Positions 1 to 12,482 of a stretch of 64,000 bases of DNA are shown here, one piece after another. The stretch spans positions 75,020,001 through 75,084,000 of the forward strand of contig OZ038379.1 in NCBI GenBank assembly GCA_964036045.1, in the 5' to 3' direction. This stretch comes from Eutreptiella sp. 'Long Island Sound 2002'. Lineage: Eukaryota > Protista > Euglenida. How positions within the stretch are numbered: position 1 is the first letter of the stretch; each line of letters begins with the position of its first letter. The translations under genes were made by a program, and so were the position numbers. The notes under the pieces were generated by a model that was not told where the DNA came from, searched no databases, and saw only the letters and a program-made list of their open reading frames with translations.

Positions 1-49
1 ATGGATGAATGATTTGTCGCATCCCGTGTGGAGCAGCGTAGAATGTGTG

Positions 50-2213
50 GATGCGAGGGGATGCATCCTCCAAGGAGTCATCCACTGGCATCCACTCTAG
101 ACTAGTGTACAGCCCATGCGATCAATTCTTGGAGGGTCTACACCCATCAACGATTTATCACATCCACTCCATACTAGTGTACAGCCCATGCGGTGAATCC
201 TTGGAGGGTGTACACCCTCCAAGCATTCATCGCATGCACTCTAGACTAGTGTACAGCCTAGGCGATGAATTCTTGAAGGGTCTACACCCTCCAAGGAGTC
301 ATTGCATCCACTGTAGACTCGTATACAGCCCATGCGATGACTCCTTGAAGGGCCAGAACCCTCCAAGCATTCATTGAATCCACTCTACATCAATGTACAG
401 CCCATGCGGTGAATCCTCGGAGGGTCTACACCCTCCAAAGATTTATCGCATCTACTGCAGACTAGTGTAGAACCCATGCGATGAATCCTTGAAGGGTCTA
501 CAACCTCCAAGGATTCATCCCATCCCCTGTATATTAGTGTGCAACCCATGCGGTGAATCCTTGGAGGGTCTACACCCATCAAGGATTCATTGCATCCACA
601 CTATACTAGTGTACAGCCCATGCTGTGAACGCTTGAGAAGTCCAGGCCCTCAAAGGATTCATCGCATCCACTTTAAATGAGTGCACCGCCCATGCGGTGA
701 ATCGTGGGAGGGTCTACACCCTCCAAGCATTTATGGCATCCACTGTAGACTAGTGTAAAACCCATGCGATGAATCCTTGAAGGGTCTACAACCTCCAAAG
801 ATTCATTCCATCCCGTGTAGACTAGTCATCAGTGAATGCGGTGAATCCTTGGGGTTTACGGCCTCCTAGGAGTCATCGCATCCGTCGTAGACTAGTGTAC
901 ATCGCATGCGATGAATCCTTGAAGGGTCTACACCCACCAAGTATTCATGGTACCCATTCTAGATTGGTGTAGAACCCATGCGATGCATCCTTGAAGGGTC
1001 TACACCCTCCAAAGATGCATCACTTCCACTCTAGACTGGTGTACAGCCCATGCGATCAATTCTTGGAGGGTCTACATCTATCAACGATTCATCACATCAA
1101 CTCTAGACTAGTGTACGGCCCATGCGGTGAATCCATGGAGGGTCTACATCCTCCAAGCATTTCTCGCATCCACTCCAGACTGGTGTACAATCTATGCGAT
1201 GAATCCTTGAAGGGTCTACACTCTCCATGGTTTCATCGCATCCACTCTAGAATGGTATACAGCCCATGCGATGAATCCTTCAAGGGTCTGCACCCTCCAA
1301 AGATTCATCGCATCCACTCTGGACTGGTGTGGACCCCATGCGATGGTTTCCTTGGAGGATCTACACCCATCAATGATTCATGCCATCCCCTATAGACTAG
1401 TGTACAGCCCATGCGATGAATCCTTGGAGGATCTACACCCATGAAGGTTTCACCGCAACCGATCTAGACTAGTGTACAGCCCGTTTGATGAATCCTTGCA
1501 GGGTCTATACCTTCCAAGGCTTCATCCCATCGACTCTACACTAGTGTAGAACCCATGCAATGAATCTTTGAAGGGTCTGCACCCTTCAAAAATTCATCAC
1601 ATCCACTCTACATCAGTGTACAAAGCATGTGGTGAATCCTTGGAGGGTCTACAACCCCCAAGGATTCATCGCATTCACTCTACAGTAGTGTGCCACCCGT
1701 GCGATGAATGCTTGGAGGGTGCACACCCATGAAGGATTCATCGCATCCACTCTACACTAGTGTACAACCCATGCGATGAATCATGGAAGGGTCTACACCC
1801 TCCAACGATTCATTGCATCCACTCTAGACTAGTGTACAGCCCATGCGATGAATCGTTGAAGGGAGTACACCCTCAAAGGATTCATTGAATCAACTTTAGA
1901 TTAGTGTACAGCCCATACGATGAATCATTGGAGGGTATAAACACATCAAGGATTCATGTCATGCCCTCTAGACTAGTGTACAGCCCATGCGGTGAAACCG
2001 TGAAGGGTCCACACCCTCCAAGGATTCATCGCATGCAATCTACACTACTGTAGAACCCATGCAATGAATCCTTGAAGCGTCTGAAGCCTCCAAAGATTCG
2101 TGGCCACCACTCTACATCAGTGAACAGCCCATGCGGTGAGTGCTTGGAGGGTCTACACCCATCCAGGATTCGTCGCATCCACTCTAGGCAAGTGTACGGG
2201 CCATGCGGTGAAG
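50..2213. repeat. Satellite A: ~30 tandem copies of a 72-bp unit containing a 48-bp hairpin
   Basis: TGTAC recurs at 106, 178 and 250 (period 72). Consensus is ATGCGATGAATCCTTGGAGGGT-CTAC-ACCCTCCAAGGATTCATCGCAT (22-bp arms) plus the 24-bp spacer CCACTCTAGACTAGTGTACAGCCC. Confidence 0.95.
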
Positions 2214-2612
2214 GGTGGTATAGACGCCTCGAAAAGAGGTATAGGGGCACGCGATAAAAATTGAAAGGGTGTAAAGCCCTCCAATATTCGTCGCGAGGCC
2301 TATAGACCCCTGGACAGGGGGTATGGGGGCACGTGGTGACTATTGGGGGGGTGTACACCCCTCCAACATTCATCGAGAGGGGTATAGACGCCTCGACAGG
2401 GGGTATGGGGGCACGCGATGAATATTAGAAGGGTGTCAACCTCCAATATTCATCGCACGGGATATAGACCCCTCGACAGGGGGTATGGGGGCACGCACTA
2501 AATATTGGAAGAGTGTACACCCCTGAAAGATTTATCACGACGGGTACAGACCACTGGACCGGGGGCGATGAATATTGGAACGGTGTACACCCCGCGAATA
2601 TTCATCGCGAGG
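2214..2612. repeat. Satellite B: ~5 copies of an 80-82-bp unit with a related hairpin core and a different G-rich spacer
   Basis: GGGGCACG at 2244, 2326, 2408 and 2488. Core is CGATGAATATTGGAGGGTGTACACCCTCCAATATTCATCG; spacer is approximately AGGGGTATAGACCCCTCGACAGGGGGTATGGGGGCA. Confidence 0.9.
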
Positions 2613-2619
2613 GGTATTG

Positions 2620-3262
2620 ATAGAATGGGGGGGGGGGGCTATGAAATTGACAGGGCCGGGCCTATTAAATTGATAGGCGGGGGACGTATAACATTGAATG
2701 TGGGGGGGGGGGGGTATGAAATTGATGGGGGGAGCTATGAAATCGATGTGGGGGCGGGGCTATGAAATTGATAGGGGGGGACCGATGAAATTGATCGGAG
2801 GCTATGAAATTAATGGGTGGGGGGTTATGAAATCGATGGGTCGGGGGCTATCAAATTGATAGGGCGGGGGGCTATGAAATTCAGAGGGGACGACCTATGA
2901 AATTGATGGAGGGGGGGGCTAAGAGATTGATAGGGGGGGGGGGGCTACAAAATTGATACAGGGGGCTATGAAATTGACAAGTGGGGACCTATGAACTTGA
3001 AGGGAGGGCCTATGAAATTGATGCCGGGGTTCTAGGAAATTGATATTGGGTGCCTATGAAATTTATACAAGACGAGGCTACGAAATTGATGCGGGGGGGG
3101 GGGGGGGGGGGCTAAGAAATTGATTGGGGGGGGGCTATGAAATTGATATGGTGGGCTATGAAATTGACGGGGGGGCTATGAAATTCATGGGGGGGGGAGG
3201 GTTGTTGAAATTGATCGAGGGGGCTTTTAAAATTGATAGGAGGGGATTATAAAATTGACGCA
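2620..3262. repeat. Satellite C: (G)n-CTATGAAATTGATA minisatellite, ~20-25-bp unit
   Basis: Many copies of CTATGAAATTGA separated by G-runs of variable length. Confidence 0.92.
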
Positions 3263-3319
3263 CGAGCTACAGGGACCTATGGAGGCACACTCCAACACTA
3301 CACAGCATAGCAGGGTAGA

Positions 3320-3560
3320 CCTACAATTGTGAAATGATCATTTTCATTTCTGTCATTTTTACTGCATGAAAAGCAACACTTCTGAACAACAAAAAGAGCA
3401 CCCGCCTGCACCACTGATTGAACCCCCCCCACGCAGTTCTCTCAAGCCTCCCTCCCCCGTGGTGAAGAACCTGTAAAGAAAGGAAAGGCACCCCCAACCA
3501 ACCAAAGCAAGGGCACCTCCCAGTGCCTATGCCTATGTCAAAGTGTGTGTGTGTGTGTGC
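3320..3560 (+). repeat. Dispersed repeat; diverged homologue of the foldback inner arm (61440-61700, inverted at 58335-58620)
   Basis: Shared motif order: AAAAGARCACCC, CTGATTG(C)AACCCCCCCC, GCAGTTCTC, CAGTGCCYRTGCCTA, then a (GT)n tract. Confidence 0.6.
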
Positions 3561-3984
3561 GTGTTGGGGGGGAGCACACATACCTATACATGCGCGAAAT
3601 CTGTTCGTTTATTGTGCAACGGTGTCTCTTGGCCCTACAACGCTAGGGTTGAGGCCATAGAATGAAAATCTACGCCTAGAAGAGTGCAGTGAGTGGGTGC
3701 AGTTTCTATACTTCCTACGAACAAAAACACAACAAGCGGGGGGTCTTTTCCGAATCATTTTCCACACTTCCTGATGCAGGAAATCACTCATTAGTGGGGG
3801 GGATGGAAGGACTAGGGAGAGCCAGGTGGGGGGCAACCATTGTTGAGGGGGGGGGAGGATCTTCGATTGGGGGGGGGGGTGCTACATCACAAGGGGGGCC
3901 GGGGGAGGTGGGTTTATTGTTTGGGTAATGGTGGTCCATAAAAATCTAATGTTTGATGTGTGATGGCCAGCTTGGTCGCTGTAC

Positions 3985-5250
3985 AAAATCCTGCTGCCAC
4001 ACTACCTGGGGGTGGGCAGAGGAACTCTTGCAATGCACCGCCACGCTACCTGTGGGCCGAGGCCAAGCGAACTCTTACCATTCACTGCCACACTGCCGAT
4101 GGGCAGCGGGTAGTAGAACTCCTGCAATACAGCGCCATACCGCTTGCGGGCGGAGGGCGGTGGAACTCTTGCAACGCACCTCCACACCGCCAGTGGGCGG
4201 TGGGCGGTGGAACTCTTGCAATGCACCTCCACAACGCCTGTGGGCGGTGGGCAATGGAACTCGTGCAATGCACCCGCACAGAGTCATGGGCAGTGGAAGT
4301 CCTGCCATTCACTGCCACACTCCTCGGGGATAGCTGGTAGTGGAATTCTTGCAATGGACAGCCGCACTGCATGGCGGCACTAGGAGTGGAACTTGTGCAA
4401 TGCACTGGCACACTGCGTGTGGGCAGTGGGCACTGGAAGTCCTGCAATGCACCGCCACATAGCTTGGGGGTAGTGGGCACTGGAACTCCGAAAATACACT
4501 ACCACAATGGCTGAGGGCAGTGGGTAGTGAACCTCCTGCAATGCACTACCACATTGCTTAGGAGCAGTGGGTAGTAGAACTCCTGCAATGCATTGCCATA
4601 CTTCCTAGGGGCAGTGGGCGAGGGAACTCTTGCAATGCACTGCTACAATGTTTGTGGCTGGTGCGCACCAGAACCCTTGCAATACAGTTCCACGCTGTCC
4701 GGAGGAAATAGGCCATGGAACTACTGTAATGGATTGCCACGGTGCCTGGGGGCAGTGGGCACTAGAATTCTTGCAATTCACTGCCACACTGCCTGCGGGC
4801 AGTGGGCAAGGGAACTCTTGCAATGCAGTGCCACACTGTCTATGGGCAGGGGGTAGGGAGACTCCTGCAATGCACCACCAAAATTCTTGGGGGAAGTGGG
4901 CCGTGGAACTCCTGTAATGGATTGCCACACTGCCTGAGGGAATTCTTGCAATGCACTGCCACAGTGCTTGTAAGCAGTGGGCAAGGCGTTCTTGCAATGC
5001 ATTGCCACACTGTCTATGGGCAGTGGGTACTCCTGCAACGCACCGCAACACTTCTTGGGGGAAGTGGGCCGTGGAACTCCTGTAATGGACTGCCACACTG
5101 CCTGAGGGCAGTGGGCACCGAAATTCCTGCAATGCACTGCTAAACTGCCTTTGGGCAGTTGGCGAGAGTACTCCTGCAATACACCGCCACAGTGCTTGGT
5201 GGCAATGCACATTGGAACTCCGGCAATGCGCTGCTACACTACATGTGGGC
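3985..5250. repeat. Satellite D: degenerate 47-bp tandem repeat
   Basis: GAACTC at 4022, 4069, 4115, 4163, 4210 and 4257. Consensus is approximately GTGGAACTCTTGCAATGCACCGCCACACTGCCTGTGGGCAGTGGGCA. Confidence 0.92.
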
Positions 5251-8200
5251 AGCGCGCAATCTCTTTGCAAATAAATTAGTTTCCGAAATGCCTGTACTTG
5301 AACAGCAGCGTGAGGCGTGCAGTGTGTAATGGCGACAAATAGGGGCCAAAAAAGGCGGTGCATAGTGTGACACGGTACTTGTACGGATGCCAAATCCCGA
5401 AGATGGGTGGTGTCTTTGCCAACAACAACCGCAAATCCTAGGACACGTATGTATAGCTGTAGCACATTTTCATGACATGATAATGCATAATGGATAATGG
5501 ATGTTGTCGCCCATAACCATGGGTGTGGAAAGGGGTCTTATTATGTTTCCGCGTGTGTTCAATTGTCTGCAGTAGTAATACCAAATCATCTTGTTCTCCT
5601 ATTCGTGCGTAAGTGTTCCAAAAGGGGTGCCGGGGCTGAGTACCAACCCCTAGCCTCCGCACATCCAGGGTACATCGTACATAACGCAGTCGGATAGGGT
5701 GCTGCAAGAAATTCCTCACTCCAGCGATAAGCGGATTTAACAATGTGCACAAAGCGTTGCTCACCTCCCGCATTGATGCGGGAGGCAGATTCAACTTTGG
5801 CCTCCTGGTAACAAGTGGTAGGCGGTGTGGTCAAGGCAGCGCAGCTACTACCGTATAGTTCAACCTCTTGTTTCCTTCGTGTGGAGTCGAAATGAACAGT
5901 TGTGTGTAGAAATTATCAAACTAGGCCATCCATTGTTTTCGTCCCATTCTGGACCACTGTCAACCCGCTGCAACTGCTGCCTGGGCTGAAATGGCAAGAG
6001 CATTGTACTTACAGACAACTTGACGAGCCGATTTGTGATGCACAGTGCGACTCATACCACCAGTATCATCAGGTCGTCTAAAAATACCCCATAAAAAGTG
6101 TTGATGCATGCAGCGCCACAAATTGAAGCACCTTTCGATGAACACCCCAAACTATCATTTAGTCCTATGACTAGTTTTTAGGAGTCCCAACTACCGATGA
6201 AAGTCCCGTAGATTCTTGGGTGTCCGATTGTCCGATCGTAGCCCCTATACAAAATTCACAAACCAAAGTGCATCCGAGCCAGCATTCGCTTCATTGAAGA
6301 TTACATCCTTTGAATCGTAAGTTCCACTTTGGAGGAATTTTCTCAAAGGGATTGGATCCATGCAGGCACGTCAAATAAAGTGACACTGCGAAAGATAGTC
6401 ACCGAAAGTGTGATTTATAGCTTCGGCGCGTCAGACACCCATACTCAGGTACCCAATGATGTCCGTACTCGAGAAAAGTCATCCAATGATAACAAACGGT
6501 TCACATACTCCTCCATTAAAGCACCGATGAAACCAACAGCTGGATCCGGAAGGACCAAAAGGCTACAAATGGCATTGAAAAGGAAGTAGCAATGAGTTGT
6601 TGAGCAATTGATCATGCCAAATGCCAAAGATTGCTCTGGATCTCGACAGTAGCATAGCCACAACTGAAATGAAATTCAAAGGAAAATGTGCTCAAGTACA
6701 AAAACGAAGAAAGGCCAGAGTAATCAATGCATATCAGCAAATTATCAAAAAAAAAGGTGTGCGAAATATTGCTGTAAGGTTAAAGCCGCTACATAGGTAT
6801 TCACGAGAAACAAATAATGAACTCAATAGTAATTGTGGACTCTAATGGTGAAGACAAATCAAAGGAAGCATGCACGAATGTAATGAATGGGATAATACAG
6901 AGGTACACAAATAACATGGGCATTCACAGGAACAATATTCAGGTTCATATCACAAAAAGCGCTCGAAAGATCGCCCAAGGTGTGGCCAGCATCATATGCC
7001 CAACAAAAAAAGTAAAAATGAAAAAAATGTGCAAAAGATGGCTCCAAGCTAAAAACTAGATAAATGGTATTGTATACATTCAATTTCACCCATGGGGCGA
7101 TCTTTGGCACGCTTTTGTTCACAAACTAAGTATAGAGTACGCCTATGAGCATAATTCAACCAACTACCTAGTATCACATATGTAACAAGCAATAACCATA
7201 CAATATAACATGTATGTATGTGTCCAGTTGTAGCATTTACAAGCAAAATATACACACAAATGAAGTGACCGTAAGACTGCATTAGTTTTGGTTGCATCTA
7301 ACCCAACAAAGAAACATGACAGCATTAAAACCATTTAATTGGACACAAACAAAATATACAGAAAAAAGGGAGCTGGATCGTGACTTTTGGACCCCTCCCC
7401 CCCCCCTCCTCTTGGGGGTACGAACCTGACAACGGGCACCCCGAAAATGGGCAAAAAGTTTCACTGTTGGCCTGTGTGGCCAATAGTGAAACTGACATAA
7501 AAATTCCATTTCCCAGAACTGCACTGTGGGGGCCATATTTCATAATGTGTCACTTTCAGAAGAGAAACAACAACTGACATAGAAGCATTGTGGTGTGATG
7601 GACGGCATCCCCAGCATCCCCCGCCTCCATTCCATCCCATGTGCGGCTGTGGACCATGTGCAGCCACGGACAACTTCCCCCTATGACAAAGGAGTGTATG
7701 TAAAGGAGCAACAGAAAACACAGGTAGGGCACTTGTGCACACAGTTTACCTCAATGTGTAGAAGCATATCTGTAATGAAAAATCTTGTCACTGGCAAATG
7801 ACATTAGCAAGGGAGAGAGTTTCACTGTTAACAGTGAAACAGAGTTTTATACTGCACTCCGAAGTGCAATGTGGAAACAAAACACCAGATACATGACCCT
7901 GTTGGTGAAACTGACATTGAAGATAAACAGTATGTGGCTCCCGCAGGGAAGTACTTTGCAAATACACAGGGACAGTGTCATATGTCCATGCCATCCAAAA
8001 CAGAGGCTGAAGGGTACAATTTATGCTTTATAAATGATTGTTCCTGTCTGTTGAAAAACAAAAGCACATAGTGGACTTCCGGACCAAATTGTGCAGTAAG
8101 TCAACACAAAGCAGTGCAGTGAAAGGAAAAAATCTAACACCTGTTTCCGGCATTTGAGGCACATGTGTCATTATGGCAGTGTGTTTCACAGTTGACGATA

Positions 8201-8308
8201 AAGGTACAGTGTGATAACCCAGCAAACCAGCAGACATTGTTAGGGCAGCGACGGTACAACCAGAAGCAATTCTGAAAAAAGCACAGCTGACAGGTCCTCC
8301 CATTCAGC

Positions 8309-8908
8309 CTACTGCTTTGCACTGCGGGTCCTCCGGGAAGCTTGCTCAAGCTGAGTCACACTGGGGATGGTCACGGCTTGTGCTTTGGGTTTGCGTTTGA
8401 GCGCTAGAGCTCCTCGTCCGCCAGAAGCCGCATTGTTGGCAGCCTCAATGTGCACTTGAATTGCCTGCCGCTGGGCCTTGTCAATACTCTGTACATCCAC
8501 CCTAGCCTCCACGTCCATCTGAGTGAGGGCGGTCTGCTCAGTCTGCCCCTTTGCACCTGTCTTGGCAGTGGTATTGGGCTTTGCCTTCTTGTTCGCAGGA
8601 GCTGGCTTTGCAGTTGGCTTTGCATCAGCACTGACAACATGGGAAGCAGGTTCCAGGTCAGTTGGGGGCGCATGAACCGCAAAATCGATAGCACTGGATG
8701 CGGCAGCTTCAGGACCGACACTTTCACTGTCAACACCGAAACCTCCTCGGACAGTCCGGTTTTTTGGAGTGGTGGTGGCACCGAATGGGCTATCGAGGAG
8801 CCGCTGATGCTGGCTTCCTTGCCTGTGTTCAACAACCTTTGCACATTTCTCCTTTAGTGAGTTTTTCCCCGCCGCTAGTTCATCCTTTTCACGTTGCTTC
8901 GGAACCAA
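8309..8908 (-). other. 199-aa K/A/P-rich low-complexity ORF; possible transposon tail or exon
   Basis: Open frame with AKPTAKPAPANKKAKP; no domain recognised. Confidence 0.2.
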
Positions 8909-9075
8909 CTTCCGCCTCTTGTGATCTAGTTTCTCTGCCGCTTTGACTTCATGTCAAAGGTTCTTGTCAAGCAAGGGCAGTTGCTGCGCATTCGCCGGCC
9001 TTCCGGCCTGCAACAGTCTCCTTCGAGTGGGTGACCATGTACTGGTGTGGTATGCCACAGGGTGGCTAGGATGGG

Positions 9076-9146
9076 GGATCTAGTGGGAATCCAACCCACG
9101 CCCCAGTGCTACGAGACGAGGGTTATAACCATTGGACCAGACGACA
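9076..9146 (-). mobile_element. tRNA-derived SINE-like head (Thr-CGT-like), not a functional tRNA
   Basis: Minus strand shows an A-box-like TGGTCCAATGG, a loop CTCGTAG and a perfect T-arm GTGGG-TTGGATT-CCCAC. Acceptor and D stems do not pair. Confidence 0.55.
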
Positions 9147-11099
9147 TCCGGCGATATTTCCGGTTCCGTTTTTTACAAGCCTCTTCCAAAAAATAAAATT
9201 TACTTTACCCGCTTTCCCTGTTTACCCCTGGACACCACAGTGTGGGAAATAGTTTCACTGTCAACAGTGAAAGTGCTTGATGCCTGTTACCGTTTTCTCA
9301 GTACACGCGCACACGCCACGGTATCACAACTAGTTTCACTGTCAACCATGAAGCTGTTTTCGGTCACGGAGTTCCTGCAGCTATGTGCTCCAGTCGTTGA
9401 TACTATAACCACTTGCTGCCATAACCAAGATACCTTCCTCATCTAATTTTGCACGCTCAACCCTTTCCCAAACTGTATTGCACCTTGTTCTGATTTGTGC
9501 GGCCACCCCAGCAAAAGAGCAGATCCCTAAGAGGGGCATTATGCCTTTTTGTGTCGGTACGCATTTGGTGTTCTGGCTCCAACTCAAAGGTACATGTCGG
9601 ATGACATAGGTTAAATGGCTTTGGGGTAATGAGAGCTGGGACGGCCATGGGGCACTATGGGATCACAACGTAGTGTGGTGGCCCCTGTGCAATCACAAAC
9701 ATGGCACCACATTACACAAGAGTCTCGTGCGGTGTCCAAAATGGGCTCCATCTTTTCGTACAGTATGGACACAGTCATGGGGCCCATGGTACAAATACGC
9801 GGAGGAGGGGTTTTATGACAATGCGCCCCATGAGGACTTGCACCATGCAGCATGCCTGAGAATCTCCTAGTCCTTGTGTCATCAGTTGCCAGGGGGATTT
9901 TGACCTCATTTCAGGGAACGCGTCACGCACCACCAATGTATGATGCTTCACATGATCTATCAACCAAGAAAGGAATTCACCATGCCTCCTAGGAAAGAGG
10001 CGGAAACTAAGCCTAGTCAGTCCGTCAGTGCATGGTACGGCAAACTCAAACCAAGGGTGTGTACCCCGGACCCCAGTCCGCAAGTGTTGCAGCAGCAGGT
10101 AAGGTATAATCCAAGGAAGAAAAAAAATCTAAAATATAACAACCCGTCTTGGAAACACAACTTAATACCCGGGAGTACCACAAGATTGTGAAAGGTGAAG
10201 AAACATATTGCAACCAGGTCAAGTTAGACGGCTTCTTTCGCACGTAGTTACAGCCTCCGAAACGTAGAAGGGGGGGGGGGGGGGGCTTGGGGGTACGAAC
10301 CTGACATCCAAAGGACTCCGCCTCCACCCCGGATAGGCAGTTTCACTGTTGCAGAAAAATGACCAGAAACCCCCAACAAATGTTTATATTTTCTGAAAAT
10401 ACCAATTTTCAACCAACATTGTTTTGGGGATTCCTCTTCTGCCACCCCAACCTGCCCAGGGTTTCAACGTCAACAGTGAAACCCTGGGGGTGAGGACTGT
10501 GCTGTACTACACTCTGAGCTGTATGCAACCCCTTACGCATGTCTACATACCCCCCTTGCGATGGTGGTGGTGGTTCATTTTGGGTGGGATGGATTATATG
10601 AGCACCAAAGCGTGCCTAATAGTGCAGGGTAGTTTCACTGTCAACAGTGAAACTGTGCCTTACTCCGGAGGATATGACATTAGCCAGCAAGGGTTAGTGG
10701 AAATATTGCTTTCGAAAATTTGTACTTCAACGAATCTTGCGCACGCAATATTGGGGTTATTGCCCGCCGGCCTTCCGGGCTACAGCACTGTACATACATA
10801 GTTGGCAAAAATTAGTACATTTTAGGTAAACCAAGGACCTTTACACTTGCAACCCAGTGCAACTCCAACGAAGCTATGGCCTACATGTGTCAAAATTGTG
10901 CAACATAGCACTCAAAGTTTGCACAAGATGTCCCAAAAAAATTCCCAGTGCATTGTACTTTCAAATTATTTGGAAAAGGTTAGATGTCACCCACGCTTTA
11001 GTGAATCAATGAAAAGCCCTCTGTCTATCATCCTTGACATAAGCAACAGGTCACCCCAGGACCGGCACCTGGCAAAGGCAAGGGATTTGTTGTGCCGCC

Positions 11100-11499
11100 A
11101 CCCACCGGTGCAGCGCTCGGAGCCGCTGATGGTCTTTGGTGCCACTAAGGGCATCCAGCATGGAGACGCTCTCCGCGGACCCTCGGCGACCTCGTGCTGC
11201 CGTCGGGGTGGGCGGCCGCACTAAATACCCCCACTGCATCCTTCGTGGTGCATCAAGCCATCCTTCATGTTGGGAAAGAGTCCTCATCCCTTCCTTTGGA
11301 CCTGCCCTCTATCCTGTTGATTGACAATGTATCTAGTCACAAGAATTACAAACACCTCAAAAAGGTAGCTTGCCATCCGCAGTTTGATATATGTCATGTC
11401 CTTGATGTCTCTGGGACACACATATATTTGCTATTGGGCCTTGCAAATCGGTCCCACATACCAAATTCTGGGGACCAGCTTGTAAACGAGATGCTGTGA
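11100..11499 (+). pseudogene. Degenerate pogo/Tigger-like DDE_1 transposase fragment
   Basis: LPLDLPSILLIDNVSSHK matches the LLxxDNxSSH motif; THIYLLLGLAN downstream resembles THxxQPLD; a S/D-rich tail follows at 11700-11830. Confidence 0.5.
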
Positions 11500-12482
11500 G
11501 CACAAAAGGCCAAGTTGTGGATTTTGTACCATTGCATGGACATTTGTGATGGAAAAATCCTTCGGGGACCCCCATTGATTTGTGCAAATTTACAGTCAAG
11601 CCGTTACTATGTACCATGAAGAGAGGTCTGCAAAGGACCCACCTGTAGTCGATTGCCTCTTGAGCGTCACAAACAGGCATGCAAACCTGAAAAACAGGAT
11701 CTTAGCAGTAGCGATAATACCAACGACAGTGATAGTGACGGTGTCAGTAGTAGTGCTATTGGTAGTGGTAGTGACAGCAATGGTGACAGTGCGGGTGGCA
11801 AAGGGGTGCAGGAAATGGGTGCCAAGTGACCTGTGGCCCCTGTTATTACTATTGCCAAATCAGCTGAAAGGTTGCCTACAGTAAGCAGTGCGATTGGCAT
11901 CTTCTGGGTTTGCCAACATGAATGAACTGTGCTTAATCAATTCATCAGGCCTGCAGAAATGTTGGATCTTAGATGGCCATGCATTGCGCATAATCCTGCA
12001 CCAGCACTCTCAGGTGTGGGGGCTGCAAACATCGTGCACCACTGCAAGAAACAGATGGCTCAATGACACCAAAAGGCATCGTGCACTACACTGCCGACAC
12101 CCCTAAATTTCGCCAGGGGAAATTTTTTCCACCACCCTTAAAGCCGAAATTTTCCCACCAAACTGTCCCCGCACGAAGTCCCCCCCCCCCTTAAGTTCAA
12201 CCCTTCCTTAAACGTTGTGGACGGCATTGATCTCTGCAGATCCTCGCCCTACGACTGCTGGTCCTCTTTAAACATCTTGGTGGAGCGCACAGGCTTCACT
12301 GGGGTGGGTCTTCTGCACAGGCTCCACTGGGGTGGGTCTTCTGCATGTAAATGCAAGCCATACTGTGGGGGGTGGGGGCATCGCGCATGCGGGGTGTGAC
12401 TGTAAATCACACTGGAGGCGGGATTGTGCATGCGGGTGTGACAGAGGACAGCTGGCACAGGGTGCCGTTGAATGGCTGCGAC

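Larger units (their letters stand above)
7411..10653. repeat. Cluster of at least 8 copies of the palindrome GTTTCACTGTYAACAGTGAAAC, plus two identical 21-bp motifs
   Basis: Palindromes or half sites at 7458, 7819 (perfect 22-mer), 8722, 9252, 9333, 10340, 10461 and 10632. CTTGGGGGTACGAACCTGACA occurs at 7411 and 10286. Confidence 0.8.

Noticed and set aside
50-2612. CRISPR-like array (palindromic repeat plus spacer)
   Set aside because: Spacers are the same within each subarray, there are no cas genes, and the context is eukaryotic (spliced UPF2). It is a satellite.
45-5465. ORFs in satellites and in the foldback element (58200-61760)
   Set aside because: They are periodic translations of tandem repeats, not genes.
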